From positions 3,600,768-3,664,767 of the forward strand of contig OY282456.1 in assembly GCA_958296225.1 (NCBI GenBank): a stretch of 64,000 bases of DNA, read 5' to 3'. The position numbers and the translations under genes were made by a program. This document shows, piece by piece, positions 7,302 through 18,373 of the stretch. This DNA is from an uncultured Dehalococcoidia bacterium. GTDB taxonomy: Bacteria; Chloroflexota; Dehalococcoidia; Lucifugimonadales; UBA3495. The notes beneath the pieces are model-generated. The model had not been told where the DNA came from. It was given only the letters and a program-made list of their open reading frames with translations, and searched no databases. Positions within the stretch are counted from its first letter, which is position 1. Each line of letters opens with the position of its first letter.

Positions 7302-9596
7302 TTACTGCCCGTTGGCCTCTTGCAAGGCTTCCAGCACCGCCGTGGGCGACAGCGGCAGCTTGTTCACCCGCACGCCGGTAGCGTGGTAGATGGCGTTGTG
7401 CAGCGCGGCCAGGGGCGGGATGATGGGGGCTTCGCCCACGCCGCGCAGTCCGTAGGGATGGCGGGGGTTGGGCACTTCCACCACCACGGTGTCAATCATG
7501 GGCAGGTCCAGCGCCGTGGGCATCCGGTAGTCCAGGAAGCTGGAGTTGAGCATCCGCCCGTCGTCGGCGTAGGTGTAATCTTCGGACAGCGCCCAGCCCA
7601 GGCCCTGCACCGTGCCGCCCTGCATCTGTCCTTCCACGTAGCTGGGATGCACGGAAGTGCCGGAGTCAATGAAGGCGGTGCAGCGCAGGATGTCCACTTT
7701 GCCGGTCTCCGGGTCAACCGCAACGTCGATAATGTTGCCGGCGAAAATGGGCCCGACGCCGGTGGAGGTGGCCGACGCCGAGGCGGTCAGCGGCCCGCCG
7801 GTGCGCATCATCCGTCCGGCCACCTCGGCGAGGGTCAGGCGGTCTTCGGGATTGCGGCGGCAGGTGAACGCGCCGTCGGCGAAAGCGACGTCTTCCGGCT
7901 GCACTTCCCACACCATGGCGCAGCGCTGGGCCATCTGGTCGCGCAAGTCCTCGGCGGCGGCGATGGCGGCCAGGCCGGTGTCGAAGGCGATGCGGCTGCC
8001 GCCCGTGGTGGCCGTCCAGCCGACGGTGTCGGTGTCCACCACCGTCGGAGCAATCTGGTCAACATCAATGCCCAGGGTTTCGGCGACCTGCATGGCGACT
8101 GCGGTGCGGGTGCCGCCAATGTCCACCGAGCCGGTAATCAGGTTCAGCGTGCCGTCGGCGTTCACGTTGATGGTGGCCGAGGACGCTTGCCCCGCCTGCC
8201 AGCGGAAACCAACCGCTACGCCGCGGCCCTGGTTAGGCCCGGCCAGCGGGGTCTGATTGTGGTCGCTGTTGACCATGGCCTCTTCCATTTCGCGGCAGCC
8301 AAACACCCGGTGAGGGACGCCGTTGGGCATCCGGTCGCCCTCTTGCACGGCGTTCTGGAGGCGGAACTCCATCGGGTCTTTGCCCAGCATTTCGGCCAGT
8401 TCGTCCACCACGGCTTCCACGGCGAAGGCGGCTTGCGGCTGTCCCGGCGCGCGGTAGGCCTGCACCTTCTGCTTGTTGCACACCACGTCCAGGCCGTCCA
8501 CCAGCATATGGGCCATCTTGTAGGGGCCGAAGCCGGTCAGCGCACCGCCGCCCACGGGGGAACCGGGGTATGCGCCCGCCTCGTACACCATATAGATTTG
8601 GCCGGCCAGCATCGTGCCGTCGTTCTTCACGCCCATCTTGCAACGCATAAACGTAGCCGACGTTGGCCCGCTGCCCACGAAGACCTCGGTGCGGTCCATG
8701 GCCACTTTCACCGGCCGGCCCGTCTTACGGGACAGCACCGCCGCTACCGGGTCCAGGTAGGCGATGGCCTTGGCGCCGAACCCGCCGCCGATTTCCATAG
8801 GCACCACCTTTACTTGCGATTCGGGGATGCTCAGGATGGCGGCGGTTTGGGCGCGGATGTTGAACAGGCCCTGAGTGCTGGTCCAAACGGTAACGCGGCC
8901 GTCGGCAGACCACATAGCGGTGGAAACATGGGGTTCAATGTAGCCCTGGTGCACCGTCTGGGTCTCAAACTCCCGCTCGATTACGATGTCGGAGTCGCGG
9001 AAGCCCTGCTCCACGTCGCCGACCTTGTGCTGGATGTGTCCGGCCACGTTGCTCTTGACGCCGGTATCGTCCCCGCGGGCGAACCGTTCAAGCCGGAAGT
9101 AGGTAGTCATATCGTCGTGCAGGAGCGTAGCGTCGTCGGCCATGGCCTCGCGCCAGGTGAGGACGGTGGGCAGCACTTCGTAGTCAACTGCCACCAGTTG
9201 CAGCGCCTCTTCGGCGATGTGCGCGCTCGTGGCGCATACGGCGGCCACGGCATGGCCCACGTACAGAACCTTGTCCTTAGCCAGCATATTCTCGGCAATC
9301 ATGCGGGCGTTGCCCTGCACTTCGGCAAAGTCCAGAATCTGGTCCCTGGTGATGGGGAAGTCGGCCGACGTAGCCACGGCGACCACGCCGGGCAGGGCCT
9401 CGGCCTTGCTGGTGTCAATATTGCGGATGCGGGCGTGGGAATGGGGGCTACGCAGGACCTTGGCGTGAAGCATACCGGGCAGGTTAATATCGGCGCCGTA
9501 GCGGGCGGCGCCGGTTACTTTGTCCACGCCATCGTGCCGGATGGGTCGGGTACCGATGACACGGTACGGGCCGGTTTGTTCTGTGGTAGTGGTCAT
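7302..9596 (-). CDS. xanthine dehydrogenase / aldehyde oxidase / CoxL-family molybdopterin-binding subunit
   Basis: 764-aa ORF with family-typical N-terminus (IGTRPIRHDGVDKVTGAARYGADI), GGGFG, and C-terminal RGVGEAPIIP. Start at ATG 9596, preceded by AGGAGG. Confidence 0.9.
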   Translation of the reverse strand: MTTTTEQTGPYRVIGTRPIRHDGVDKVTGAARYGADINLPGMLHAKVLRSPHSHARIRNIDTSKAEALPGVVAVATSADFPITRDQILDFAEVQGNARMIAENMLAKDKVLYVGHAVAAVCATSAHIAEEALQLVAVDYEVLPTVLTWREAMADDATLLHDDMTTYFRLERFARGDDTGVKSNVAGHIQHKVGDVEQGFRDSDIVIEREFETQTVHQGYIEPHVSTAMWSADGRVTVWTSTQGLFNIRAQTAAILSIPESQVKVVPMEIGGGFGAKAIAYLDPVAAVLSRKTGRPVKVAMDRTEVFVGSGPTSATFMRCKMGVKNDGTMLAGQIYMVYEAGAYPGSPVGGGALTGFGPYKMAHMLVDGLDVVCNKQKVQAYRAPGQPQAAFAVEAVVDELAEMLGKDPMEFRLQNAVQEGDRMPNGVPHRVFGCREMEEAMVNSDHNQTPLAGPNQGRGVAVGFRWQAGQASSATINVNADGTLNLITGSVDIGGTRTAVAMQVAETLGIDVDQIAPTVVDTDTVGWTATTGGSRIAFDTGLAAIAAAEDLRDQMAQRCAMVWEVQPEDVAFADGAFTCRRNPEDRLTLAEVAGRMMRTGGPLTASASATSTGVGPIFAGNIIDVAVDPETGKVDILRCTAFIDSGTSVHPSYVEGQMQGGTVQGLGWALSEDYTYADDGRMLNSSFLDYRMPTALDLPMIDTVVVEVPNPRHPYGLRGVGEAPIIPPLAALHNAIYHATGVRVNKLPLSPTAVLEALQEANGQ

Positions 9597-9655
9597 TGGA
9601 TTCCTCCTGCGGGTGAGCATTGGCGTCTGGGAGTTAGCACAAGCGGTTTAGGTTC

Positions 9656-10069
9656 TTATGTCGGTTCCTGGAAATCGGAAATTTTGCCATAACGTGAGAG
9701 ACGAAAGACATTGGCAGATGACGACTCGGCATAGGCTTGCAGGATTGACCAGTACCTGGAGAGAGCATCCCATAACTCGAGCCTGGATGCTGTGGACCAC
9801 CAGTCATCTGCCAGAATGGCGAATTTGAGTGGACTAGCAAACATCTCCCTATGGTGCGGTCGCATTTTGTCGCGTGTGACAATAGTCCATTGCTCATTGT
9901 CATCTTGAACTCGCTGCTCCAATATGGGCATCCAGTCGCCGTCTTTCACTCCGAGGAGGGCCAATTCCCGCGTTGACAAAACTACTGGGTTATCGTGTTC
10001 GGGGTAAAACTGTTGGTTCAATAATCTGGCAAAAAAGGGAGGCCAACCTTCATCAAGAAGATATAGCAT
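9656..10069 (-). CDS. PIN-like (DUF5615-type) putative toxin
   Basis: Starts MLYLLDEGWPP, typical of DUF5615/PIN-like partners of DUF433 proteins. Overlaps the upstream DUF433 gene by 17 nt. The region looks more A/T-rich than its flanks by eye. Confidence 0.55.
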   Translation of the reverse strand: MLYLLDEGWPPFFARLLNQQFYPEHDNPVVLSTRELALLGVKDGDWMPILEQRVQDDNEQWTIVTRDKMRPHHREMFASPLKFAILADDWWSTASRLELWDALSRYWSILQAYAESSSANVFRLSRYGKISDFQEPT

Positions 10070-10736
10070 AGTCCTCCCACAGCATTGTTTCAAAGCGGTG
10101 GGCAAGCTGGACTTGGGTGACTCTTACCTCGTAGTCTTCGGCCACGGTATGATAATCCCCGTCTTCCGCCAGCAAGGCTTGATGCAGGATGTATGTTGGC
10201 ACGTAGCAACCACATAGCACAGGTGAGCCAAAAGACAGGCGCGGGTCAATTACTACAACGGCGTCCGGGGCAGCAATGTTCCATTCTTGGGAAATGTTCC
10301 ACCTTATGGGTATGCCTTGCTCGTCATACTCAATGGGCGCGGTCAACGATTTCAACTCTGCCGGGTCGTGCTTGAATACTTGGCGATCGTGGGTAAGAAA
10401 GCGGTGGTGAGACAGGACGTGGTCTTTGTTGCCGAGCTTTTTTGCATCGTAACGCGCAAAGTGGCATACTTCATGCCATGGTATCCCAATTTTATGCAGG
10501 GCCCGGGCAACGCGGAGTTCCATCAAGTCCCGGAACGCCAGGAAGGATTCCCGCCGCCGAGGTTGCTCACCCCATGGCTTGCCGTCGCCGTCGCGCTGAC
10601 GGGCGTAGCTCCGCACGTGTCGCAGCGAAAACCGGACCAAGCGAGCCGACAGGGCAACGGAGTAGCTCCCCGCGTATCGCTCAATCTTGCGGGAAACCGG
10701 ATAGTTGGTCAAGGGTAGATTGTCTGCTGCGAGCAT
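10053..10736 (-). CDS. DUF433 domain protein with N-terminal HTH-like extension (putative antitoxin)
   Basis: C-terminal DPRLSFGSPVLCGCYVPTYILHQALLAEDGDYHTVAEDYEV matches the DUF433 signature. About 150-aa N-terminal extension. Confidence 0.65.
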   Translation of the reverse strand: MLAADNLPLTNYPVSRKIERYAGSYSVALSARLVRFSLRHVRSYARQRDGDGKPWGEQPRRRESFLAFRDLMELRVARALHKIGIPWHEVCHFARYDAKKLGNKDHVLSHHRFLTHDRQVFKHDPAELKSLTAPIEYDEQGIPIRWNISQEWNIAAPDAVVVIDPRLSFGSPVLCGCYVPTYILHQALLAEDGDYHTVAEDYEVRVTQVQLAHRFETMLWEDYAISS

Positions 10737-10776
10737 AATTGCCTCGTTACACTGCGGTTTTGACCGTCTCCAATAT

Positions 10777-11544
10777 TCAGTGGGTGAGGAACTTGGGCAG
10801 AAAATACTCCCGCGTCGGGTCGGGAGGCATCCCCGGCAGGTCTGCCGGCACGATGCCGTCGCTTTCCAGGGCGGAGCGGACGATGCCTTTGTTGAAGGGG
10901 CTGATGTTGTCGTCGGTCATAAAATCGCGGACGGGCATCCAGAGACACTCTTCAATCTCCTTCTCGCCCATCTTGATTTCGTCGGTCAGGGCGCGGAGGC
11001 GGCAGACGAAGTAGATGTCGGACTTGCCGTAGCGGTAACCGTGCCAGTGGCGGAAGCAGGCCAGCGCCTCAAACTCCGCCGCAACGCCCGTTTCCTCCAG
11101 AACCTCGCGGACGATGGAATCGACGATGTGCTCGCCGGGTTCCAGCGCGCCGCCGGGCAGCTTGTAGAAGGGGGGCCGGTTGTCGATGCGATACCGCTCG
11201 CACACCACCAGCAACTCGTCCCGGTCGTTCACCACGACGCCGCCAGCGCCCACGTAGTGAGTGGCGTAGGGCGGGATGAAAGAATCGGGGATGAGCGTCA
11301 GCGTGGCCGTGATGCTGTCGGCGTCGGCGTGGTGATACCTGAAGCCACGCTGCGTTGCGATGGGCACATGGGTCGCCAGAGCGATGGGAAGGTCCACCCA
11401 GGCCACCTCGTAGCCGGCATCCTGCCACGCTGCGATGGCGGCGTCCAGTCGGGCCGCAAATTCGCCCGGGTCTGACGGCAATTCGGCAGTATTGACAACC
11501 ACCCCACGGAAGGGATTTGGCGTAGCGGCCAGGGGAGAAACCAA
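10777..11544 (-). CDS. NUDIX hydrolase with N-terminal accessory domain
   Basis: Nudix box GGALEPGEHIVDSIVREVLEETGV. Start set at TTG 11544, 6 nt after AGGAGG. The track's ATG 11673 adds an Arg/Pro-rich non-coding-looking leader. Confidence 0.8.
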   Translation of the reverse strand: MVSPLAATPNPFRGVVVNTAELPSDPGEFAARLDAAIAAWQDAGYEVAWVDLPIALATHVPIATQRGFRYHHADADSITATLTLIPDSFIPPYATHYVGAGGVVVNDRDELLVVCERYRIDNRPPFYKLPGGALEPGEHIVDSIVREVLEETGVAAEFEALACFRHWHGYRYGKSDIYFVCRLRALTDEIKMGEKEIEECLWMPVRDFMTDDNISPFNKGIVRSALESDGIVPADLPGMPPDPTREYFLPKFLTH

Positions 11545-11843
11545 GACGCACCTCCTGGTGGGACGCGGTGGGACGCGCAGTAATCCGGTCGGCAAACAGC
11601 CCGGCGAATTGTCCCGACCAATACGGCGGCAGTATAGCACAGGCGGACGGCGACGCTGCGCGGGTATGGGCATCGCCGCAAATTCGCAACCCTACCAGGA
11701 CAATCGCATTGCGATTACACCAGCCGCGTCAATCCCCTCTTTCGCGGGAATCCACTCCGCCCCGATTGGTTAAATCCGGTTTATCCGGTACATCCCGGTA
11801 AAATCCGCGCTCCACCGCCCGAAAAGGAACGCCGCTCACTCGC

Positions 11844-11987
11844 GGTAGCGTTGCAATTTAGGTGGTTGCACTTTGCTGTCATGCCGGCGCCAGCCGGAAT
11901 CCACCAAATCCCAATCGGAAAAATCCTGTCCATCCTGTCCATCGCTGTAAAAAACGGACTCAAACCACCTGAATTGCAACGTTGCCC
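11844..11987. mobile_element. MITE, diverged subfamily (144 bp)
   Basis: Ends GGTAGCGTTGCAATTTAGGTGGTTGCAC and reverse complement GGGCAACGTTGCAATTCAGGTGGTTTGAG. Same AGGTGG core as the main family. Confidence 0.6.
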
Positions 11988-12146
11988 AAGGGTTACGAAT
12001 TTACCGGGAGGGGTCGGATAAACGGGATCATACCGGTTACGCGGGATAACGAACGATGGTCAAAGCCCAATGGGATTGACTTGTTAAATCATATGCCCTA
12101 TGCTTGGTATAGACATACAGCATACGGTTGCTTGATGGAGGCTAAA

Positions 12147-12866
12147 ATGCGAATCGGTGTCAACATCCCCGACGAACTGCACAGCAGGATGGAACCGCTG
12201 AAGCAGCTGATAAACGTATCGCAGGTTTGCCGTGAAGCCATCACGGCCTACGTCGAACGTTACGAGCGCATGAATGAGGGTCTGGACGTTGACGGCGTTG
12301 AGGAAGTAGTCAATCAGCTCTGGTACGAAGAAGAAAGGCGGATGCTCGAGGATGATTGGCCGGAGCTCGGGTATCAGGACGCTAAAGCCTGGGTGCAGAA
12401 GGCGACGCTGAAAGATTGGGAGCGCTTGCATCATATGCAAGGGGTGGTCAAAAAGCTGAGAGGGCTAACGTGGCTTGTCCCGGTTCCACACTTGTCTGGG
12501 GTCAAGGGATTCACGGAAAGATGGGATAAACTCATGGAGGATATTGATGAACGGAGCGACGATTTCCAATGGGACTACTTTGAACAGGATGGCTTCGACA
12601 CATCCCCTGCCCATGAGGAATATATGCGCGCCTGGCTGACGTACACTGAGGCCGTATGGCAGCGGTACACTCAAACGCGCGCGCAGTACCTTGAGGAGCG
12701 ACGCCAGGCACAAGATGAAGAGCGCGCAAACCGACCGGCGCCCGAAGTCCCGCCACACCTTTTGCCGGAACCCCGGCATCAGGCGGAGAAGCCCAAGTTC
12801 CGGGTCGTTCCGCACCATGGCAAGTTTGTCGACGGCATTGACCCGCTGAAGCTCAATCAGCTGTGA
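12147..12866 (+). CDS. ribbon-helix-helix (CopG/VapB-like) antitoxin with long Trp-rich C-terminal extension
   Basis: MRIGVNIPDELHSRMEPLKQLINVSQVCREAITAYVERYERM is an RHH fold signature. GGAGG lies 5 nt before ATG 12147. Immediately upstream of vapC. Confidence 0.6.
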   Translation: MRIGVNIPDELHSRMEPLKQLINVSQVCREAITAYVERYERMNEGLDVDGVEEVVNQLWYEEERRMLEDDWPELGYQDAKAWVQKATLKDWERLHHMQGVVKKLRGLTWLVPVPHLSGVKGFTERWDKLMEDIDERSDDFQWDYFEQDGFDTSPAHEEYMRAWLTYTEAVWQRYTQTRAQYLEERRQAQDEERANRPAPEVPPHLLPEPRHQAEKPKFRVVPHHGKFVDGIDPLKLNQL

Positions 12867-12911
12867 CCTGATTGAGTCGGGCAGCTTGGCGGCAGAAGCA
12901 GAGGCAGCCGT

Positions 12912-13337
12912 GTGATTGTGCCGGACATCAACCTGCTGGTGTACGCTTATAACGAAGGCTCGCCTCACCACGACGCAGCGCTGCGTTGGTGGGAAGTGCT
13001 GATGAACGGCACCGAGCAGGTTGGCCTGCCCTGGATTGTCGCAGTCGGGTTTGTAAGACTGACGACTAATCCCGCAATGCTGACGCCGCCCATGACGCCG
13101 GCGCAGGCAGTTGGCTATGTCCGGGATTGGCTGCGTCGCGACCATGTCACGCCCCTCAATCCCGGCCCGGAGCACCTTGCGCTCCTGCAACAGAATCTTG
13201 CTGCGGCCGGGGCCGGCGCTAACCTGGTTCCCGACGCCCACATCGCGGCGCTGGCCATGGAATACGGGGCCGAAGTACATTCCAACGACGCTGACTTTGC
13301 CCGGTTTCCCGGCCTGCAATGGCACAACCCGTTGTAA
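12912..13337 (+). CDS. vapC: type II toxin VapC (PIN domain ribonuclease)
   Basis: (GTG)IVPDINLLVYAY...PWIVAVGFVRLTTNP...VPDAHIAALAMEYGAEVHSNDADFARF shows the conserved PIN acidic residues. Confidence 0.85.
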   Translation: MIVPDINLLVYAYNEGSPHHDAALRWWEVLMNGTEQVGLPWIVAVGFVRLTTNPAMLTPPMTPAQAVGYVRDWLRRDHVTPLNPGPEHLALLQQNLAAAGAGANLVPDAHIAALAMEYGAEVHSNDADFARFPGLQWHNPL

Positions 13338-13347
13338 CGGGCCTTGC

Positions 13348-14907
13348 CTACCGGCTCCGCAGCGCCCGCCCCGGCAGCGCCCCCGTATGCCGCCCATCGT
13401 CAATAACCAGCGTTCCGTTGACGGCCACGTAGTCGATGCCTACCGGGAATTGCAGCGGGTCGTCAAAAGTTGCCGGCGTGTCCACCTGCTGCGGGTCAAA
13501 CAAAACCAAATCCGCTTTGGCGCCGTCCCGTATCACCCCCCGGTCGGCCAGGCCCAGCCTTTGCGCCGGCGCGCCGGTCATCTTGCGGATGGCTTCCTCC
13601 AGCGGGAACAGTCCTTCGCCGCGCACGAATTGGGCCAGCACGTAGGGATAGGTGCCGTAGGTGCGCGGGTTGGGCCGGCCGCCGGTCAGGATGGCGTCGC
13701 TGCCAATCATCTGCGCCGGATGCGCGGCAATCTCGCGGATGTTTTCCAGGTTGCCGGTGCGGGCTACGAAAGCGACTTGCAGGTTTTCTTCCAGCAGCAG
13801 GTCGCACACTGCGTCCACCATGCGACCGCCCCGGTGCCGGGCCAGCTCCTCCAGCGAGCGGCCTTCCCACTCTTTGTTTTTATCCGAGGCGATGTTAGCG
13901 AAAATGTAATTGTCCAGCGTCTGGCCGCCCCACTGCGGTTCCACGGCCCGCACCATCAAATCGCGCACGTTGGGGTTGGCGATGCGCGCCAGCAGCGCTT
14001 GCGGCCCGCCGGCGTGCACCCAATAGGGCAGCAGCGAGTGCAGGATAGTGCTGGCCGCCGGGTAGGGATACTGGTCATAGGTTACGTCCTGCCCCCGGTT
14101 GCGGGCGTCGTCCACCAGCGCCGTCATCTGCGCGCCCAGGCCGGCCACCGGGCTGTGGTAGTGGGAGATATGCACCGGCGCGCCGGAGCGTCGTCCGATT
14201 GCCAGCGCCTCCCGAAAGGGGTCCAGCAGGCGGTCGCCCAGAGTGTAGCGGGCGTGAGTGCAGTAGAAACCGCCTTCCGCGGCGGCCACGCTGGCGATGG
14301 CCGCCAGTTCGTCCGTGTTGCTGTACGCGCCGGGCGCATAGGTCAGCCCCGTCGTGAACCCAAAGGCCCCGTCGCGCATTCCCTGGCGGGTCAATTCCTG
14401 CATCGTCGCCAACTCTCCGTCGGTGGGCAGGCGCGACGACCAGCCCATGGCGGCCACCCGGATGGCGGCGTGGGGTACGAAGTGCAGCACGTTGCAAGCC
14501 GAGTTGCCGTCAAACAGCGCCAGAAAATCGGCCACGCTGCTCCAGCGCACGTCCGGCGGCGTGCCGTTCACCGCCGCCAGATAGACCAGCAGCTGCTCCA
14601 GGCCCCGGGGCGTCGTCGGAGCATAGGACAGGCCGTCCATCCCCAAAGCCTCGGTGGTAACGCCCTGCCGGATTTTGGCCTCGTGAGCCGGCTCCGTAAG
14701 CAGTTTCAGGTCGGAATGGGAGTGCATATCAATGAAGCCGGGGCAAATCACGTAGCGGCTCGCATCGACGACGCGCCCCGCGTCAATGGCCGAAACGTCG
14801 CCGGAGATGACTTGCACCGTGTCGCCGGTAACGGCCACGCTGCCCCGGTACCCGGCCGCGCCGGCGCCGTCGATAATCGTCCCGTTAGCGAATAGCAAAT
14901 CAGCCAT
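13348..14907 (-). CDS. N-acyl-D-amino-acid deacylase (D-aminoacylase) family amidohydrolase
   Basis: MADLLFANGTIIDG...PGFIDMHSHSD...VHISHYH. Real start is ATG 14907. The track ORF 13348..16209 is an artefactual upstream extension running antisense through sufT and mrp. Confidence 0.85.
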   Translation of the reverse strand: MADLLFANGTIIDGAGAAGYRGSVAVTGDTVQVISGDVSAIDAGRVVDASRYVICPGFIDMHSHSDLKLLTEPAHEAKIRQGVTTEALGMDGLSYAPTTPRGLEQLLVYLAAVNGTPPDVRWSSVADFLALFDGNSACNVLHFVPHAAIRVAAMGWSSRLPTDGELATMQELTRQGMRDGAFGFTTGLTYAPGAYSNTDELAAIASVAAAEGGFYCTHARYTLGDRLLDPFREALAIGRRSGAPVHISHYHSPVAGLGAQMTALVDDARNRGQDVTYDQYPYPAASTILHSLLPYWVHAGGPQALLARIANPNVRDLMVRAVEPQWGGQTLDNYIFANIASDKNKEWEGRSLEELARHRGGRMVDAVCDLLLEENLQVAFVARTGNLENIREIAAHPAQMIGSDAILTGGRPNPRTYGTYPYVLAQFVRGEGLFPLEEAIRKMTGAPAQRLGLADRGVIRDGAKADLVLFDPQQVDTPATFDDPLQFPVGIDYVAVNGTLVIDDGRHTGALPGRALRSR

Positions 14908-14976
14908 CGTCGCCCTCCCCGGCTGGCGCCGTCGTTCCATTAGTTGCCCCGGAATCATACACCGCGGCGACCGACA

Positions 14977-15006
14977 TTGTACAAAGCAGACCGACCTCCC
15001 TATAAT
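14977..15006 (+). promoter_or_regulatory. candidate sigma-70 type promoter TTGTAC-18 nt-TATAAT
   Basis: Lies in the divergent intergenic region between the D-aminoacylase and SufT-like genes, 34 nt upstream of ATG 15040. Confidence 0.35.
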
Positions 15007-15039
15007 GGCTGCAACTACCCATGCCGAAGGAGGCCAACC

Positions 15040-15348
15040 ATGCCGGGAACGGTAAATAGCGATGAAGTCTACGAAGCGCTCCGCACAGTCTATGACCCGG
15101 AAATCCCGGTCAACGTGGTGGACTTGGGCCTGATTTACGATGTGCAGGTCAGCGACGCCAACGACGTGTTCGTTCAGATGACCCTGACCTTCCCCGGCTG
15201 CGGCATGGGGCCGCACATCGCCCAGCAAGCCGAGTGGGCCATTCAGGACGTGGAAGGCGTCGAGGAAGTCAACATCGAACTGACTTTCGATCCGCCCTGG
15301 TCTCCCGACCTGATTAGCGAAGAAGCCCGCAATATGCTGGGTATCTAG
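15040..15348 (+). CDS. DUF59/MIP18-family Fe-S assembly protein (SufT-like)
   Basis: VYEALRTVYDPEIPVNVVDLGLIYDV...FPGCGMGP. AGGAGG 5 nt before ATG 15040. Confidence 0.85.
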   Translation: MPGTVNSDEVYEALRTVYDPEIPVNVVDLGLIYDVQVSDANDVFVQMTLTFPGCGMGPHIAQQAEWAIQDVEGVEEVNIELTFDPPWSPDLISEEARNMLGI

Positions 15349-15408
15349 GCAACGCCGCCATTCCCGCGCCAGCCGGAATGACCAAATCGGATTGGAGATT
15401 ACCGCACG

Positions 15409-16230
15409 ATGGCAACCCCGCAGCAGCCCAACGCTCAGCAGAACGCCCGCTTGCAGCAAATCCGACGCCAATGGGAGCAGAAGCGGCAGATTACCGACCG
15501 CCTCGCCGCCGTCCGCACCAAAATCGGCGTGTACAGCGGCAAGGGCGGCGTCGGCAAAACCACCGTCGCCTGCAACCTGGCTACCATCCTGGCCGCCCAG
15601 GGCGAGCGGGTGGGGTTGCTGGACGTGGACATCGATTGCCCCAACGTTACCCGCGTTATGGGCATCCTGGACAAACCCGACTACCGGGACGGTCAAATCA
15701 GCCCCGCCCAGGGCCACGGCGTCAAAGTGGTGTCCATGGCCTTTTTCCAGGAAAACGAGGACGAGGCCATCATCTGGCGCGGCCCGATGATTCACAACGC
15801 CATTAACCAGTTTCTGCAAGCCACCGATTGGGGCGAACTGGACTACCTCATCGTTGACTTGCCGCCGGGAACTTCGGACTCCCCGCTCACCGTGATGCAG
15901 ACGCTGCCCATGGACGGGTTCATCGTAGTCAGCACCCCCCAGGACCTGGCCATCATTGACGCCAAACGCTGCATCAATATGATTCGCAAGCTGAATCTGA
16001 ACGTCGTTGGCGTGGTCGAAAACTACTCCGGGGACATCTTCGGCGAAGGCGCCGGCCGCCAGCTGGCCGACGACATCGACGCCCCGTTCCTGGGCAGTAT
16101 GTCCCTGCGCGGGGCCTACCGCGACACCAGCCGCCCCACCGTGCTGGTAGATGAAACGGTCAGCAAAGAGTACGCCGCCGTAGCCGACCAGCTGCGACAT
16201 AGCCTGCAAGCCCTAGGCCTGGAAGCCTAG
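15409..16230 (+). CDS. Mrp/NBP35 (ApbC) family iron-sulfur cluster carrier ATPase
   Basis: Deviant Walker A GKGGVGKTTVACNLA, DVDIDCPN and DYLIVDLPPGTSD. Confidence 0.9.
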   Translation: MATPQQPNAQQNARLQQIRRQWEQKRQITDRLAAVRTKIGVYSGKGGVGKTTVACNLATILAAQGERVGLLDVDIDCPNVTRVMGILDKPDYRDGQISPAQGHGVKVVSMAFFQENEDEAIIWRGPMIHNAINQFLQATDWGELDYLIVDLPPGTSDSPLTVMQTLPMDGFIVVSTPQDLAIIDAKRCINMIRKLNLNVVGVVENYSGDIFGEGAGRQLADDIDAPFLGSMSLRGAYRDTSRPTVLVDETVSKEYAAVADQLRHSLQALGLEA

Positions 16231-16255
16231 CCAACTCCGGCGCTGTTCCAATTCG

Positions 16256-16282
16256 CAGGGGCAATCCTGGCGGTTGCCCCTG
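16256..16282. terminator. bidirectional hairpin between convergent mrp and accDA genes
   Basis: CAGGGGCAA-9 nt-TTGCCCCTG followed by TTTCGTG. Confidence 0.5.
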
Positions 16283-16306
16283 TTTCGTGCGCCGCCCGGG
16301 CGCTAC

Positions 16307-18151
<1,845 letters not shown>

Positions 18152-18373
18152 CTAGCCCCTCCTTTTAGTTGCCGAGAACTGGTTGCCGAAACGCCTGTGA
18201 CCGGCGCCGTTCGATTTCGTCCTGCTACGGTCGTTCTCCCGGCTCTTACGGTAAGGATTATATTGTACACAATCATTATTTCAACAATGTTGCCGCCCGT
18301 GACCGCCGGTTCGGGAAATCCCCGGGCAAGATGAAATTACGCCAGATACCCCCGTCCGTTGCGCGGCGGCTCC

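Noticed and set aside
7320-9692. 790-aa plus-strand ORF
   Set aside because: It is the antisense shadow of the well-supported xanthine-dehydrogenase-family gene. The product is Gly/Ala/His/Val/Arg-rich low complexity with no motifs, which is typical of high-G+C antisense frames.
10705-11475. 256-aa plus-strand ORF
   Set aside because: Antisense to the NUDIX gene, which has a perfect Nudix box.
13111-14895. 594-aa plus-strand ORF
   Set aside because: Antisense to the D-aminoacylase gene, with Arg/Gly/Pro/Ala-rich shadow composition.
14908-16209. Upstream 430-codon extension of the track ORF 13348..16209 (953 aa)
   Set aside because: D-aminoacylase homology starts at MADLLFANG (ATG 14907). 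The extension runs antisense through the clearly real SufT-like and Mrp genes and has no coding signature.
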